NCBI GenBank assembly: GCA_029838195.1
Contig: JALGVJ010000001.1
Location: 96,001-160,000 of the forward strand
Origin: Promethearchaeota archaeon
GTDB lineage: Archaea > Asgardarchaeota > Lokiarchaeia > Sigyniarchaeales > SOKP01
Length of the DNA: 64,000 bases
Direction: 5' to 3'
In this document: positions 29,890-39,887 of the stretch, one piece after another
Layout: each line of letters begins with the position of its first letter
Position numbering within the stretch: the stretch's first letter is position 1
Program-made: the position numbers and the translations under genes
The notes under the pieces: generated by a model
Told to the model about the DNA's origin: nothing
The model's input: only the letters and a program-made list of their open reading frames with translations
Database searches by the model: none

Positions 29890-30093
29890 TTATCCAATAT
29901 TAATGGAATTCTCTTCTCCTTCAGCAGAAGCGCCATACATCGTATAGGAATCTTGAATTTCCGAAAAATCTAGGGTTATTAGAGTATGACCCGCATGGTT
30001 GCGTTCAAACTCTTTGATAAGAAATAAATTTTGAGGGTCATTTGGCCTGACTAAAACGTATTCCTTGCATTTAATACATGCCCTTGCTCTCAT
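29890..30093 (-). CDS. Small putative zinc-binding protein (CxxC...HxxH)
   Basis: CIKC...HAGH; GGAGG SD upstream. Confidence 0.75.
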   Translation of the reverse strand: MRARACIKCKEYVLVRPNDPQNLFLIKEFERNHAGHTLITLDFSEIQDSYTMYGASAEGEENSINIG

Positions 30094-30347
30094 TTTTTCC
30101 CTCCTTTATGTTATATCTTTTTAGAAGATTAAAATATATTTTTTTATATAGCTTTAATTTGTAAGAAATGCCCCTATTTTTTATGCATGTAAAAATCGAG
30201 TCATGAGCTTCTAAAAGAAATTAAAACATATAAGAATAAATAATTTTTCCTTTTAAATTATTTCTTAATTTAAGTATTCACAGATTCTTGATTTCTTTTT
30301 TTCTTTTCTTTAATTATTGCTTTTTTATATAGAACTTTATTTAGAAG

Positions 30348-31784
30348 TTATGATTTTAAGGAAATTAACTTCAATTTTTTTCCTTCATCTTCCAATTTAG
30401 CTTGGAATTCCGTACTAAAACAACTTTTACATGTTAATTCTTTTTTTATTCCCAAGGATTGACTTAATCCTTGCAAGGTTTGGAATTTTAAAGAATCTGC
30501 TCCAATATATTTTCGTATTTCTTCAACATAATTTTTAACATTCATTTCTCTCATTCTACAAGCAATTAACAAGTTTCTATCGGAAAAGCTATCATTTTTC
30601 TCACAATTGTTAATGATTGGGGGAGCGCTAACTCTCACATGAACGGATTTTACACCTGCTGCTTTTAACATGGAGATGATCTCTTTTATCGTTTTTCCAC
30701 TTAAAATAGAATCATCAATTAGAATCACGTTTTTATTCCTCACAACATTTTTTATCACGTTTAATTTTTCTCTTAAATCATCAATTTTAAGCTTCCAAAC
30801 ATATCTATTCTTTATTAGACCTTCTTGATAGGGCAATTGAGCCTCCCAAGCATAGCCCATAGCAGCAGAGCGGCCAGAATCCGGCACGGGAACCACGATG
30901 GTATCTTCAAGGTCAAAAAAATCATTTTTCGCCAGCGATTTTCCAAGACGATATCGAACGTCGGCAATGGATATGCCCTCCATGATAGAATCTGGACGAG
31001 CGAAATAAATATACTCGAATAAACATGGTAATGTATTCTTAGATTTTGTTATTTGAAACGAAGATATTCCTGAAACAGGATTGATTTTTATCACTTCTCC
31101 GGGCTTGACATCTGCAATTAAACTTGCCCCTAACACGTCTAAAGCGCAAGATTCTGATGCAACGATGTAAAATTTTTTGCTTTCCAATGAAAGAATTCCA
31201 TGACAGAGTGGTTTATATCCTCCTGGGTCTCTAAAGCAGTATATATTTCCATCATTATTTAATAAAACGCCTGAATATGCTCCTTCTAAAACTTCAAAGA
31301 TTATTTTAAAGGTATCAATCATATTTTTCTTTTCATTAAATCCATAAAAAGTATCAATGAGTGTCGCTATTAATTCCACATCACTATTTCCAGTAATAAT
31401 TTTTCCCATGTCACGTAATTTTTTAATGATCGCCTCACGATTTGAAATAGTGCCATTAATTGCTATTGAAAAATCATTTTCTACGGAAGAAAAATGAAAG
31501 GGTTGAGCATCTTCTAAGGAGGTAATCCCCCTTGTTCCGTAATTCACGTGTCCAATACCGATATTTCCGGAAAATTCTTTCAATTTTTTGGGATGTAAAA
31601 CTTTTGAAACAATACCTCGGTTTTTATAAGTAAATATTTTTTCATTACAATAGGTTGAAATGCCGGTAAATAATTGACCACGATGCTGCAAGGCCATGAG
31701 TCCGTTATAAATCATGCCTGCTACGGAATAGCTGAAATCATTACAAGTTATTCCAAAAACTCCACAAGATTCTCTTTTTTCCAT
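30348..31784 (-). CDS. purF: Amidophosphoribosyltransferase-like protein (divergent PurF)
   Basis: CGVFG, QHRGQ, CLFEYIYFARPDS, VPDSG, DDSI; directly downstream of purL. Several active-site motifs are altered. Confidence 0.85.
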   Translation of the reverse strand: MEKRESCGVFGITCNDFSYSVAGMIYNGLMALQHRGQLFTGISTYCNEKIFTYKNRGIVSKVLHPKKLKEFSGNIGIGHVNYGTRGITSLEDAQPFHFSSVENDFSIAINGTISNREAIIKKLRDMGKIITGNSDVELIATLIDTFYGFNEKKNMIDTFKIIFEVLEGAYSGVLLNNDGNIYCFRDPGGYKPLCHGILSLESKKFYIVASESCALDVLGASLIADVKPGEVIKINPVSGISSFQITKSKNTLPCLFEYIYFARPDSIMEGISIADVRYRLGKSLAKNDFFDLEDTIVVPVPDSGRSAAMGYAWEAQLPYQEGLIKNRYVWKLKIDDLREKLNVIKNVVRNKNVILIDDSILSGKTIKEIISMLKAAGVKSVHVRVSAPPIINNCEKNDSFSDRNLLIACRMREMNVKNYVEEIRKYIGADSLKFQTLQGLSQSLGIKKELTCKSCFSTEFQAKLEDEGKKLKLISLKS

Positions 31785-31824
31785 TTTTTAACGATACCTT
31801 GATTGAGTATTTTAACGTGTTTAT

Positions 31825-34071
31825 TTAAATATCCATGATTTCATGAAGAGTAGACTCATGGAGATGCTTCATTTTTAATACATCCAATTCAATTTCCTTT
31901 CTTTTTTTAAGCCCTTTTATTAGGATTCGGGGCTCCGAAATGATTGAACCAATTCGCATGATTGGAACCCCGTGATCTTGAGCCATCTGCGCGATCTCCT
32001 CTCTCACTTCAGGTCTGGTTTCTATAATGAACCGTCCTGTAGATTCACTAAATAGAAATTCTTCATCATTTAATTCGATGTTCTGCGATTCAAAATCAAG
32101 CTCTGCACCGAAATTATTTTTAAAACACATTTCTGCCAAGGTAATGATGAAACCTCCTTTATTTACATCGTGATTAGCAAGAACATGTTTTTTTTCATAG
32201 AGTTCAAATAAAAATTCCCATGTTTTCTTTATTATTTGTTCATCTACTTTAGGCGGGACTCCTCCTTCTAAATCATGGATGACAGAATGATATTCGGATC
32301 CCCCTAATTCCGCTTTGGTTTCTCCGATTAAAAATATATCATTTCCCGGTTTTTTGAATGGTAAGGTCACGATATTATCCTCTCCTTCAATGAGGCCCAC
32401 GATCATCACTACCGGGGTTGGTTTAATCGCTTTTTTTGTCACCTCATCTTCATTATAAAAAGATACATTTCCTCCCACCACTGGAATCCGTAAATACTTG
32501 CAAATATCTGCCATGCCTTTAACTGCTTGAGAAAAATACCAGTATGATTCGGGAATCTCAGGGTTTCCAAAATTGCAACAATTAACCATGCCCATGGGAC
32601 GTGCTCCATTTGCAATTACATTTCCACACGTTTCCACCACGCTCTCTTTCGCACCTTCATAAGGATCTAAATAACAATGTTTAGAATTGGTGCCGACACT
32701 AATAGCTATGAATTTTTCCGTGCCGATGATTCGTAATACACCTGAATCCCCATCTCCACATTTTACAACGGATCTTATTCCTACTTCATGATCATATTGA
32801 CGATAAACCCATTCTTTACTACATATATTTTCCGAGGCAATTAATTCATAAAATACGTTCTCTATCGCACGAGTTAATTCAGGCGTTTGTTGAGAAAGTA
32901 AATCATCAAGATATGATGGTCTTCTCTCTTCCCTTTGAATTACTGGGGCATCTGAGAGAGCGGTAGATGGAACGTTTACAACTAATTTTTCACCGTCATA
33001 TATTTTAAGAACTTTACTATCATCAATTTTTCCGATTATGGCATGTGCTAATTCATATTTTTGAAAAATTTTTAACACAGTATCTAATCCTTCGGGTTTA
33101 ATGATAAATGCCATTCTCTCTTGGGATTCTGATAGCATGATTTCAAATGAATTCATTCCTGGCTCTCTCATGTAGATATTCCGTAGATTTATTTCAGCAC
33201 CCGTACCTCCATCGCCAGTCAATTCACTTAAGGCACAAGAAAGACCTCCTCCTCCCAGATCTTTTAATCCTCTAACGTATCCCGTTTTTATAGCTTCCAG
33301 CGTTGCTTCGATAATAATTTTTTTAGTAAATGGATCTCCAATTTGAACGGCGGGTCTATCTGCTTCAGACATTTCGGTTAGCGTCCTGGAAGCAAATGTA
33401 ACGCCATGGATTCCATCTCTCCCAGTAGACCCTCCCATTAATATCACAAAATCCCCCGGAAAATATGCTCTGCTGGGAGCGTGCTTGAAATCTTCAATGG
33501 TCCCTAATCCCACGCAAGCTACGTTGACTAAACAATTATTTTCAAAACTGGGATCAAATTCCACTTCTCCTCCAATAGTAGGAATTCCCGTACAGTTTCC
33601 ATAATCTGCGATGCCTCTCACGACATGCTTGAAAAGCCATTGCGAATGAGGGTTATTTTTCAAATTTCCAAATCTTAATGGATCTAAAAGCGCTATGGGA
33701 CGCACCCCCATGCATAAAATATCACGGATAATTCCACCGATTCCCGTTGCCGCTCCGTGATACGGTTCGATGGCGGAAGGATGATTATGGGATTCAATTC
33801 GAAAAGCTACGCAATATCCATCTCCTATATCAATGACTCCCGCATCTTGCCCTGGCCCGGCTAATACATGGGCATAATTTTTCTCCGCATCTTCGAAAAA
33901 CGTTAGCTTTGGTCGGGAAGATTTATAAGAGCAATGCTCGCTCCACATCACGTCAAACATTCCGAGTTCAGTTAAATTAGGCTCTCTTCCTAAAAATGTC
34001 TTGATCTGATTGACTTCATTTTCCTCAAGATTCACTTCTATTTCTTTTTCCTCAATTTTGACTTTAGGCAT
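31825..34071 (-). CDS. purL: Phosphoribosylformylglycinamidine synthase subunit PurL
   Basis: MWSEHCSYKSS, ESHNHPS, TGRDGIHG, MLSESQERM, GGNVSFYN. Confidence 0.98.
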   Translation of the reverse strand: MPKVKIEEKEIEVNLEENEVNQIKTFLGREPNLTELGMFDVMWSEHCSYKSSRPKLTFFEDAEKNYAHVLAGPGQDAGVIDIGDGYCVAFRIESHNHPSAIEPYHGAATGIGGIIRDILCMGVRPIALLDPLRFGNLKNNPHSQWLFKHVVRGIADYGNCTGIPTIGGEVEFDPSFENNCLVNVACVGLGTIEDFKHAPSRAYFPGDFVILMGGSTGRDGIHGVTFASRTLTEMSEADRPAVQIGDPFTKKIIIEATLEAIKTGYVRGLKDLGGGGLSCALSELTGDGGTGAEINLRNIYMREPGMNSFEIMLSESQERMAFIIKPEGLDTVLKIFQKYELAHAIIGKIDDSKVLKIYDGEKLVVNVPSTALSDAPVIQREERRPSYLDDLLSQQTPELTRAIENVFYELIASENICSKEWVYRQYDHEVGIRSVVKCGDGDSGVLRIIGTEKFIAISVGTNSKHCYLDPYEGAKESVVETCGNVIANGARPMGMVNCCNFGNPEIPESYWYFSQAVKGMADICKYLRIPVVGGNVSFYNEDEVTKKAIKPTPVVMIVGLIEGEDNIVTLPFKKPGNDIFLIGETKAELGGSEYHSVIHDLEGGVPPKVDEQIIKKTWEFLFELYEKKHVLANHDVNKGGFIITLAEMCFKNNFGAELDFESQNIELNDEEFLFSESTGRFIIETRPEVREEIAQMAQDHGVPIMRIGSIISEPRILIKGLKKRKEIELDVLKMKHLHESTLHEIMDI

Positions 34072-34072
34072 C

Positions 34073-34786
34073 TTAAACTCCCTTTTTTATGAATTCTATC
34101 ATTGAATCAAAAAACAAGCGACCGTGCGTGGTTGCAAAAGGAGATAAAATCTTTTCCGAAGCACGCTCAGGATGAGGCATTAATCCTAAACAATTACGTT
34201 CTAAATTACAAATACCCGCAATATATTCCAAGGAACCATTAGGATTTGCATTCTTTACCGTGTTTCCCTTTCTATCTACATATTTAAGAACAATTTGATC
34301 GTTTTCTTCTAATTCCTTTAATTGGTCTGTATAATACCGCCCCTCGCCGTGAGCAATGGGTAAATCAAGAACATCACCCCGTTTCATTAAACTAGTAAAT
34401 GCTGTATCCGTTGTTTCTATGCGGACATAGATCCATTTGCAAATGAATTTAAGACTATCATTCTGCAATAACGCTCCTGGAAGAAGTTCTGCTTCGATTA
34501 AGATTTGAAATCCATTACATATCCCTAAAACCGGTTTTTCTTCTCTTGCCATGAGTCTTACTTCTTCCATGGCAGGACTGTGAGCCGCAATGATTCCCGC
34601 TCTTAAATAATCGCCAAAAGAAAAACCACCGGGAATTACAACACCATCATATTGAGACCCTTTAAATTCATTATGCCAAACGAGATCTGCTTCGATATTA
34701 ATGACATTCTTGAGGACGTGAAGGGTATCTAAATCGCAATTAGAACCAGGAAATTGAATGACCGCAATTTTTATAGTCATGTTCAA
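34073..34786 (-). CDS. purQ: FGAM synthase glutaminase subunit PurQ
   Basis: FPGSNCD, PGGFSFGDYLRAG, GICNGFQ, MPHPER. Confidence 0.98.
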   Translation of the reverse strand: MNMTIKIAVIQFPGSNCDLDTLHVLKNVINIEADLVWHNEFKGSQYDGVVIPGGFSFGDYLRAGIIAAHSPAMEEVRLMAREEKPVLGICNGFQILIEAELLPGALLQNDSLKFICKWIYVRIETTDTAFTSLMKRGDVLDLPIAHGEGRYYTDQLKELEENDQIVLKYVDRKGNTVKNANPNGSLEYIAGICNLERNCLGLMPHPERASEKILSPFATTHGRLFFDSMIEFIKKGV

Positions 34787-35058
34787 AAATCTTGTTTAGA
34801 AATTTTTAAAATTTTTAAATCTTGAGTAACAGGATTAAAAATTCGTAATTTGTTTGCCATTTCCGTTACAATTTCAGCAGCAGTGTTCTCATCTTTAGCT
34901 CTAAGAGTAATGCGGAGATATTGTCCCGATCTCACGTTGGATACCATTTCATATCCCTTCTTTACTAACAAATCTTTTTGGATGGTTTCTCCAACGGGAT
35001 CTCGTGCTCTTTTTTTATTCTCCAAAACGATTTCTACTATAAATTGGTTACTCTCCAT
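34783..35058 (-). CDS. purS: FGAM synthase subunit PurS
   Basis: DPVGETI, VRSG and NPV; overlaps purQ by 4 nt. Confidence 0.93.
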   Translation of the reverse strand: MESNQFIVEIVLENKKRARDPVGETIQKDLLVKKGYEMVSNVRSGQYLRITLRAKDENTAAEIVTEMANKLRIFNPVTQDLKILKISKQDF

Positions 35059-35207
35059 GTATAAAAGAAAAAATGATATTCTAAATTTAATTAATTTTTA
35101 TTAACAATTAAATAATGGCTCTCTTAAATATAAAGAAAATATTTTTCACGTTAAGTTTTCATGGATTAAATGAATTGAATTCCTATTTTACGTCTTTCCC
35201 GTGATTT

Positions 35208-35321
35208 TTGCTCATTCTTCATGGAATGCGGTATTGGATGGGAGATTTATTACATTAATAATTGTTGCTCATTCTTCATGGAATGCGGTATTGGATGGGA
35301 GATTTATTACATTAATAATTG
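35208..35321. repeat. Perfect 57-bp tandem duplication (2 copies)
   Basis: TTGCTCATTCTTCATGGAATGCGGTATTGGATGGGAGATTTATTACATTAATAATTG at 35208-35264 and 35265-35321. Confidence 0.95.
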
Positions 35322-35333
35322 ATTTAATAAAGC

Positions 35334-35555
35334 TCATAAGACAATAGGAACGCCTTTCAAGAATAAACTAATTAATATCAATATTAACATGGATAATAAA
35401 GAAAACAACAAGACATATCCACTTATTTTTGGAAATTTTTTTACCTCAAGAGTCTCATATCTACCTGGTTTTAATTTAAAGAATTGTATCACGAGTAATA
35501 TAAAACCAACGAAAAGTAAAGAAATATTAGAAAAAATTATGAATTCTTCCACCAT
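35334..35555 (-). CDS. Small 2-TM membrane protein
   Basis: 73 aa with two hydrophobic helices; co-oriented downstream of purC. Confidence 0.6.
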   Translation of the reverse strand: MVEEFIIFSNISLLFVGFILLVIQFFKLKPGRYETLEVKKFPKISGYVLLFSLLSMLILILISLFLKGVPIVL

Positions 35556-35598
35556 GAGTAATAATAATTATGAATGAGATTAAAAATTTATCTACGAT

Positions 35599-36603
35599 TT
35601 ATAAATAATTTGCTTTTCTCAAATTTTCTTCGATCCTTTTTTCTACATTTGCGGGAATCGCTTGGAACGTTAACCCCGTAATTTTATTGAAACTCCTCAT
35701 GTATCTTTTCGCTAATTCGATTTTAATCTCTTCTGCTATGGGAGGTATTTCCTGATCAGGTTTAATGTCAGGAAAGATGTTGGGATATGTTTCCATGAGC
35801 CACCCTCTGAAAATTTCCTTGTCTAAAATCTCCGGTTCTTCTCCTTTGTTGAATGCCTCTTCATAAGTTTCTGCAATCCAGAATCGTGAGGAATCTTGCG
35901 TGTGAATTTCGTCAATTACCATTAATTTTCCTTCTTTTATCCCGAATTCATATTTGGTATCAACCATTATTAATCCGTTTTTTTCACAATGTGCTTGACC
36001 AAATTCAAATAATTTTAATGAAGCTTCTTCCATTTGTTCATATATCTCTTTTGATACTAATTTCCTTTTAATTATCTCTTCCTTAGAAAGATAAATGTCA
36101 TGACCCGAAGTTGCCTTAGTAGAAGGAGTTATTATTGGGGCCGGTAATTTCTCATTTTTATGTAATCCTTCAGGAAGTTCAATCCCTGATGTGTGGATTC
36201 CTTTAAGATAATTTCTCCAAGCGGTACCCGTAATGAACGCTCTAACAATGATTTCGACGGGAATGGTTTCACATTGATGTGCAACCGCAACATTGGGATC
36301 GGGTACCTCAATTAAATGATTCTGAATGATATGCCGAGTTTTTTCAAACCAAAAGGAGGAGATGCGGTTCAATAGTTCTCCTTTAAAAGGAATGGTTGTA
36401 ATGACCCGATCAAATGCCGATAACCGATCGGTTGCAATAATTATCCGCTTATCGTCATTTATATAATTATCTCTCACTTTTCCCCTATATAATGTTCCAA
36501 GGGAAGAAAAATTTGTTTCTTTCAAGGTATGATTAAGTTGTTCACGAATGGCCTCTTCAATTTTAGTATCGTTCATGCCGTTCATTTTTTTCACGTTCTC
36601 CAA
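35599..36603 (-). CDS. purC: SAICAR synthase (long type)
   Basis: YRGKVRD, ATDRLSAFD, TPSTKA, DTKYEFG, DEIHTQDSSRFW. Confidence 0.96.
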   Translation of the reverse strand: MENVKKMNGMNDTKIEEAIREQLNHTLKETNFSSLGTLYRGKVRDNYINDDKRIIIATDRLSAFDRVITTIPFKGELLNRISSFWFEKTRHIIQNHLIEVPDPNVAVAHQCETIPVEIIVRAFITGTAWRNYLKGIHTSGIELPEGLHKNEKLPAPIITPSTKATSGHDIYLSKEEIIKRKLVSKEIYEQMEEASLKLFEFGQAHCEKNGLIMVDTKYEFGIKEGKLMVIDEIHTQDSSRFWIAETYEEAFNKGEEPEILDKEIFRGWLMETYPNIFPDIKPDQEIPPIAEEIKIELAKRYMRSFNKITGLTFQAIPANVEKRIEENLRKANYL

Positions 36604-36651
36604 TTTTAAATGATTTATTTTAATAAAAATTTCTTATTAAAGAAAAAATAT

Positions 36652-37032
36652 TTATTGAGAATCCTTTTTGTAATAAATTCCTCCGTTGAATTCATCTATA
36701 GGATACTTTTTTTCGTTAATCTTCATCTTGTTTATAAATGCGTTTGTCAAATCAATATTCAATGAATTAACGAAACTAATTAAATAAATAAAAATATCTG
36801 CTACTTCATTGCATACACTCTCATAAAGCTCTTCATTTATGAGTATATCTTCTTTTAAATATTCCTTGAATAAGAATAATTCCGATAATTCTGAAACTTC
36901 AATCTGTAAAGCTTGAATAAGATTTTTCGGCGTGTGATATTTTTTCCACTCTCTCTGCGTGATGAATTGTTCTACTTTGTTCTTGAAATATATTATTGGG
37001 GTCTTTTCATCTGTTAGAAAAGATTTAGACAT
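36652..37032 (-). CDS. MazG-like nucleotide pyrophosphohydrolase (dCTPase type)
   Basis: REWKKYHTPKNL, EVSELSE, EVADIFIYL, KM..NEKKYP. Confidence 0.9.
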   Translation of the reverse strand: MSKSFLTDEKTPIIYFKNKVEQFITQREWKKYHTPKNLIQALQIEVSELSELFLFKEYLKEDILINEELYESVCNEVADIFIYLISFVNSLNIDLTNAFINKMKINEKKYPIDEFNGGIYYKKDSQ

Positions 37033-37137
37033 GGTAATTTAAAAATTATTCTTTCAAATTAATATTGGTTAATAAGTGCTTGATAATTTTCTAAAAAAAG
37101 TAATGAAGGAATCATACTTTTTAATTTAAAATAATGT

Positions 37138-37992
37138 TCATCTTTGAAGGAGTTGGCTTTTATCATGCTGAATTTTTTTAAGAAAATCACAGATAATTGG
37201 ATTTATGACGTCCGCCCTTTGAGCGGGTGCGAAATGTCCCGCCATATCAATGATTTCTAATTGTGAATTTGCAATCATTTCATGTAATTTTTCGGACATT
37301 TGCTCAGGGCTGAAATTATCTAACCGCCCTCCAATTATAAGCGTGGGACATTTTATCCCCGAAGGATCATACTCCTTTATCTCGTGAATCATCCTAAATA
37401 TTTGATCTTCAATGATCATGTAGAGATCCTCTCTCGTCATTTTAGTCCCGACTAGGGAATCTGCTAAAGACGTAACAATATAAGGTATGGTTTTATCGAG
37501 AATTTTTTCCACGCTGTTAGCTACAACCTCTAAGAAATTCATACGAATAAAATAAGGTAAGAGATTATAAAAGATATTTCGTATTACATTATCAATCATT
37601 ATATACCCTGAATTGAGCAAAATTAAGAATTTCACCCGCTCAGGATGTTTTAAACAAATTAATTGAGCGATCATCCCACCTACTAAGGAATGACCAATGA
37701 GCCCGAATTCGCCCTCCACGTGTAAATAGTCCAAAAGATCTTCCAAATCCCTTATAATTTCATGTCGTAAATTATGGGTTAGATCTAAGGTTTTTGGATG
37801 ATCACTCCTTCCATGCCCTAGAGCATCAAACAAAATGAGCCGATAATTATTTTTCAATATTTTGATTTGTTTCTTAAAAAATGCCGCTGATGAGGCGAAT
37901 CCATGAAGTAGAACAATCGTACAACTTTTCGAAAAAGGATTGATATCTTCGTAATATAATTTATAATTATCTCGGTTTTTAAAATAGGGCAT
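37138..37992 (-). CDS. Alpha/beta hydrolase
   Basis: LLHGF, DALGHGRS, GHSLVGG, PTLIIGGRLD, AGH. Confidence 0.9.
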   Translation of the reverse strand: MPYFKNRDNYKLYYEDINPFSKSCTIVLLHGFASSAAFFKKQIKILKNNYRLILFDALGHGRSDHPKTLDLTHNLRHEIIRDLEDLLDYLHVEGEFGLIGHSLVGGMIAQLICLKHPERVKFLILLNSGYIMIDNVIRNIFYNLLPYFIRMNFLEVVANSVEKILDKTIPYIVTSLADSLVGTKMTREDLYMIIEDQIFRMIHEIKEYDPSGIKCPTLIIGGRLDNFSPEQMSEKLHEMIANSQLEIIDMAGHFAPAQRADVINPIICDFLKKIQHDKSQLLQR

Positions 37993-38255
37993 TCGATTTG
38001 GAACTTAATAATCATCTAATAAAAGATAAAATAATCTATAAAAAATATATTTTTCCACTCCCTTAAAATCCTTTTAAATAAGAAAAAAAGAAAAAAATCC
38101 TTGCGAACTAACGTTCGCTTCTAATCACCAATCTTTTTTCCTTGTAAGGTTAGATTGACATTCATGGATTTGAAAAATCCATTTCCAAAGAATTTTTGGA
38201 TAAAAAAAAAATCACAAAGGAAAAAAAAAAATAAAAAAACAACATTTTTCAGGGT

Positions 38256-39650
38256 TTATTTTAATTCAAATGATTTCCGCTTTTCCTCGTGAAGTTCAAG
38301 CACTTTTTCTTTCACTTCTTTTAATCGCTCTCCTTTAAGGGGGTAATGTCTATATATTAAAATTCCAATGAACATTACAAATGAAGGAATCAGTCCAATC
38401 AAAAGTCGTATTCCTAATAATGCGGAAGGAGGTTGAACAGGATTGCCAGCCGTGAATCCTGATAGCACGAATACTATGGACATGATAATGTAAGAAAGGG
38501 AAACTGAGCCCTTGACTATGAAAGCTTGAATCCCTTGATACATGCCTTCCCTGCGAACCCCCGTGGTTATCTCGTCTTCATCTATAACGTCGGCATAAAG
38601 TGTTTGGGGCAATAAAATAACTCCCGCTAAGCCTACTCCCAGAGTAATCATGGCTACCACGAACATGATTTGATTGAATACAAATAATAAGAGAATGAAA
38701 GAAAGTCCAAATAGAAACATGGTAAACATCGTAGCTTTTACGGTTCCAATTTTCTGACTCGCCTTATACCATAATAATAACGATGGAATAGCCGTAATGA
38801 ATATAAATAGCAAGGAAAATGCAGATTCTAACTCATTCATGTTAAGGATATAGGTTGTAAAAAAGATGGCCGTGGCGGAAGCAATATAATAGGCAATGTT
38901 AATGCAAAACCACGCAAATACCACGATTCGAAAAGCATGGTTTTTCAATGTCTCCTTTAAGGCGGGAATTAAGTGCAAGGCTTGTTCTTTACTAAAGATC
39001 TCTTGTTCTTTTGTTACAAACGCACTCGTGAATATGGAAATGGCAATCACGATTCCAAGCACAATAGCCATTAAAAACCATGACATGCTAGCAGTATATC
39101 CCATTTCTCGAAAAATTCCAACTATAATTAAAGAAAACACGTAGCCTAATATTAAAGCCAAGATATCAAAAAATTCAAGGTAGCTTGCGATCTCTAATCG
39201 TTCGCCAATGTCCGTGCTTAATTCAGGATATAGTGCCCTATAAGATAAAGAGACTACCGTGAACATCCATTCAAATGCGATAATGATGAACAAAAAGTAT
39301 AGGAATATTGCCAGAGTCTCTTTAAAAGGATTCCACCATAGAAAAATAAAGGAAACAACCAAAGGAACGGTTCCAAATATGAGATAGGGTCTACGCCTGC
39401 CCCAACGAGTTCTTGTATGGTCTGAAATGTGACCCATGAGGACGTCGTTGAACATATCCCATATTCCAAGGATACCCATTGCCAAACCAATCCAGATGGG
39501 GTCAAGACCGACGATACTTGCATAAAAGAAATAGATATAAGTAGAAAAGGTCCATGTAGAAATTACCACGCCGAGATATCCAAAGCTATATCCCAATTTT
39601 GTTTTTTTAGTTAATTTTATTTCACTCATGAAAATCCTATCATCATGCAT
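38256..39650 (-). CDS. MFS transporter, GPH (glycoside-pentoside-hexuronide) family
   Basis: WDMFND..G.ISDHTRTRWGRRRPY, ADVIDEDE..TGVRREGMY, about 12 TM. Confidence 0.93.
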   Translation of the reverse strand: MHDDRIFMSEIKLTKKTKLGYSFGYLGVVISTWTFSTYIYFFYASIVGLDPIWIGLAMGILGIWDMFNDVLMGHISDHTRTRWGRRRPYLIFGTVPLVVSFIFLWWNPFKETLAIFLYFLFIIIAFEWMFTVVSLSYRALYPELSTDIGERLEIASYLEFFDILALILGYVFSLIIVGIFREMGYTASMSWFLMAIVLGIVIAISIFTSAFVTKEQEIFSKEQALHLIPALKETLKNHAFRIVVFAWFCINIAYYIASATAIFFTTYILNMNELESAFSLLFIFITAIPSLLLWYKASQKIGTVKATMFTMFLFGLSFILLLFVFNQIMFVVAMITLGVGLAGVILLPQTLYADVIDEDEITTGVRREGMYQGIQAFIVKGSVSLSYIIMSIVFVLSGFTAGNPVQPPSALLGIRLLIGLIPSFVMFIGILIYRHYPLKGERLKEVKEKVLELHEEKRKSFELK

Positions 39651-39887
39651 TAATTGAACTACATTTTAATTGTATAAAGATGAAATTATATTGTCTTTTG
39701 TAAGATTTAAATATTTTTTTTCTTGAACTCATTAAATTCATTAAACATGATTGGGGGTACCTCTTTAATTCAGAAATCTTAAATCTCAATTCGAAAAATA
39801 GAAATGAAATGTTTTTAAAAAGAATTGAGAATATAAGGAGTAAGAGGGAAATTCTGTAATAAAAAGAAAAAATCTTTAAAAAACCCT

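Noticed and set aside
35208-35321. CRISPR array
   Set aside because: Only two abutting 57-bp copies, no spacers and no cas genes.
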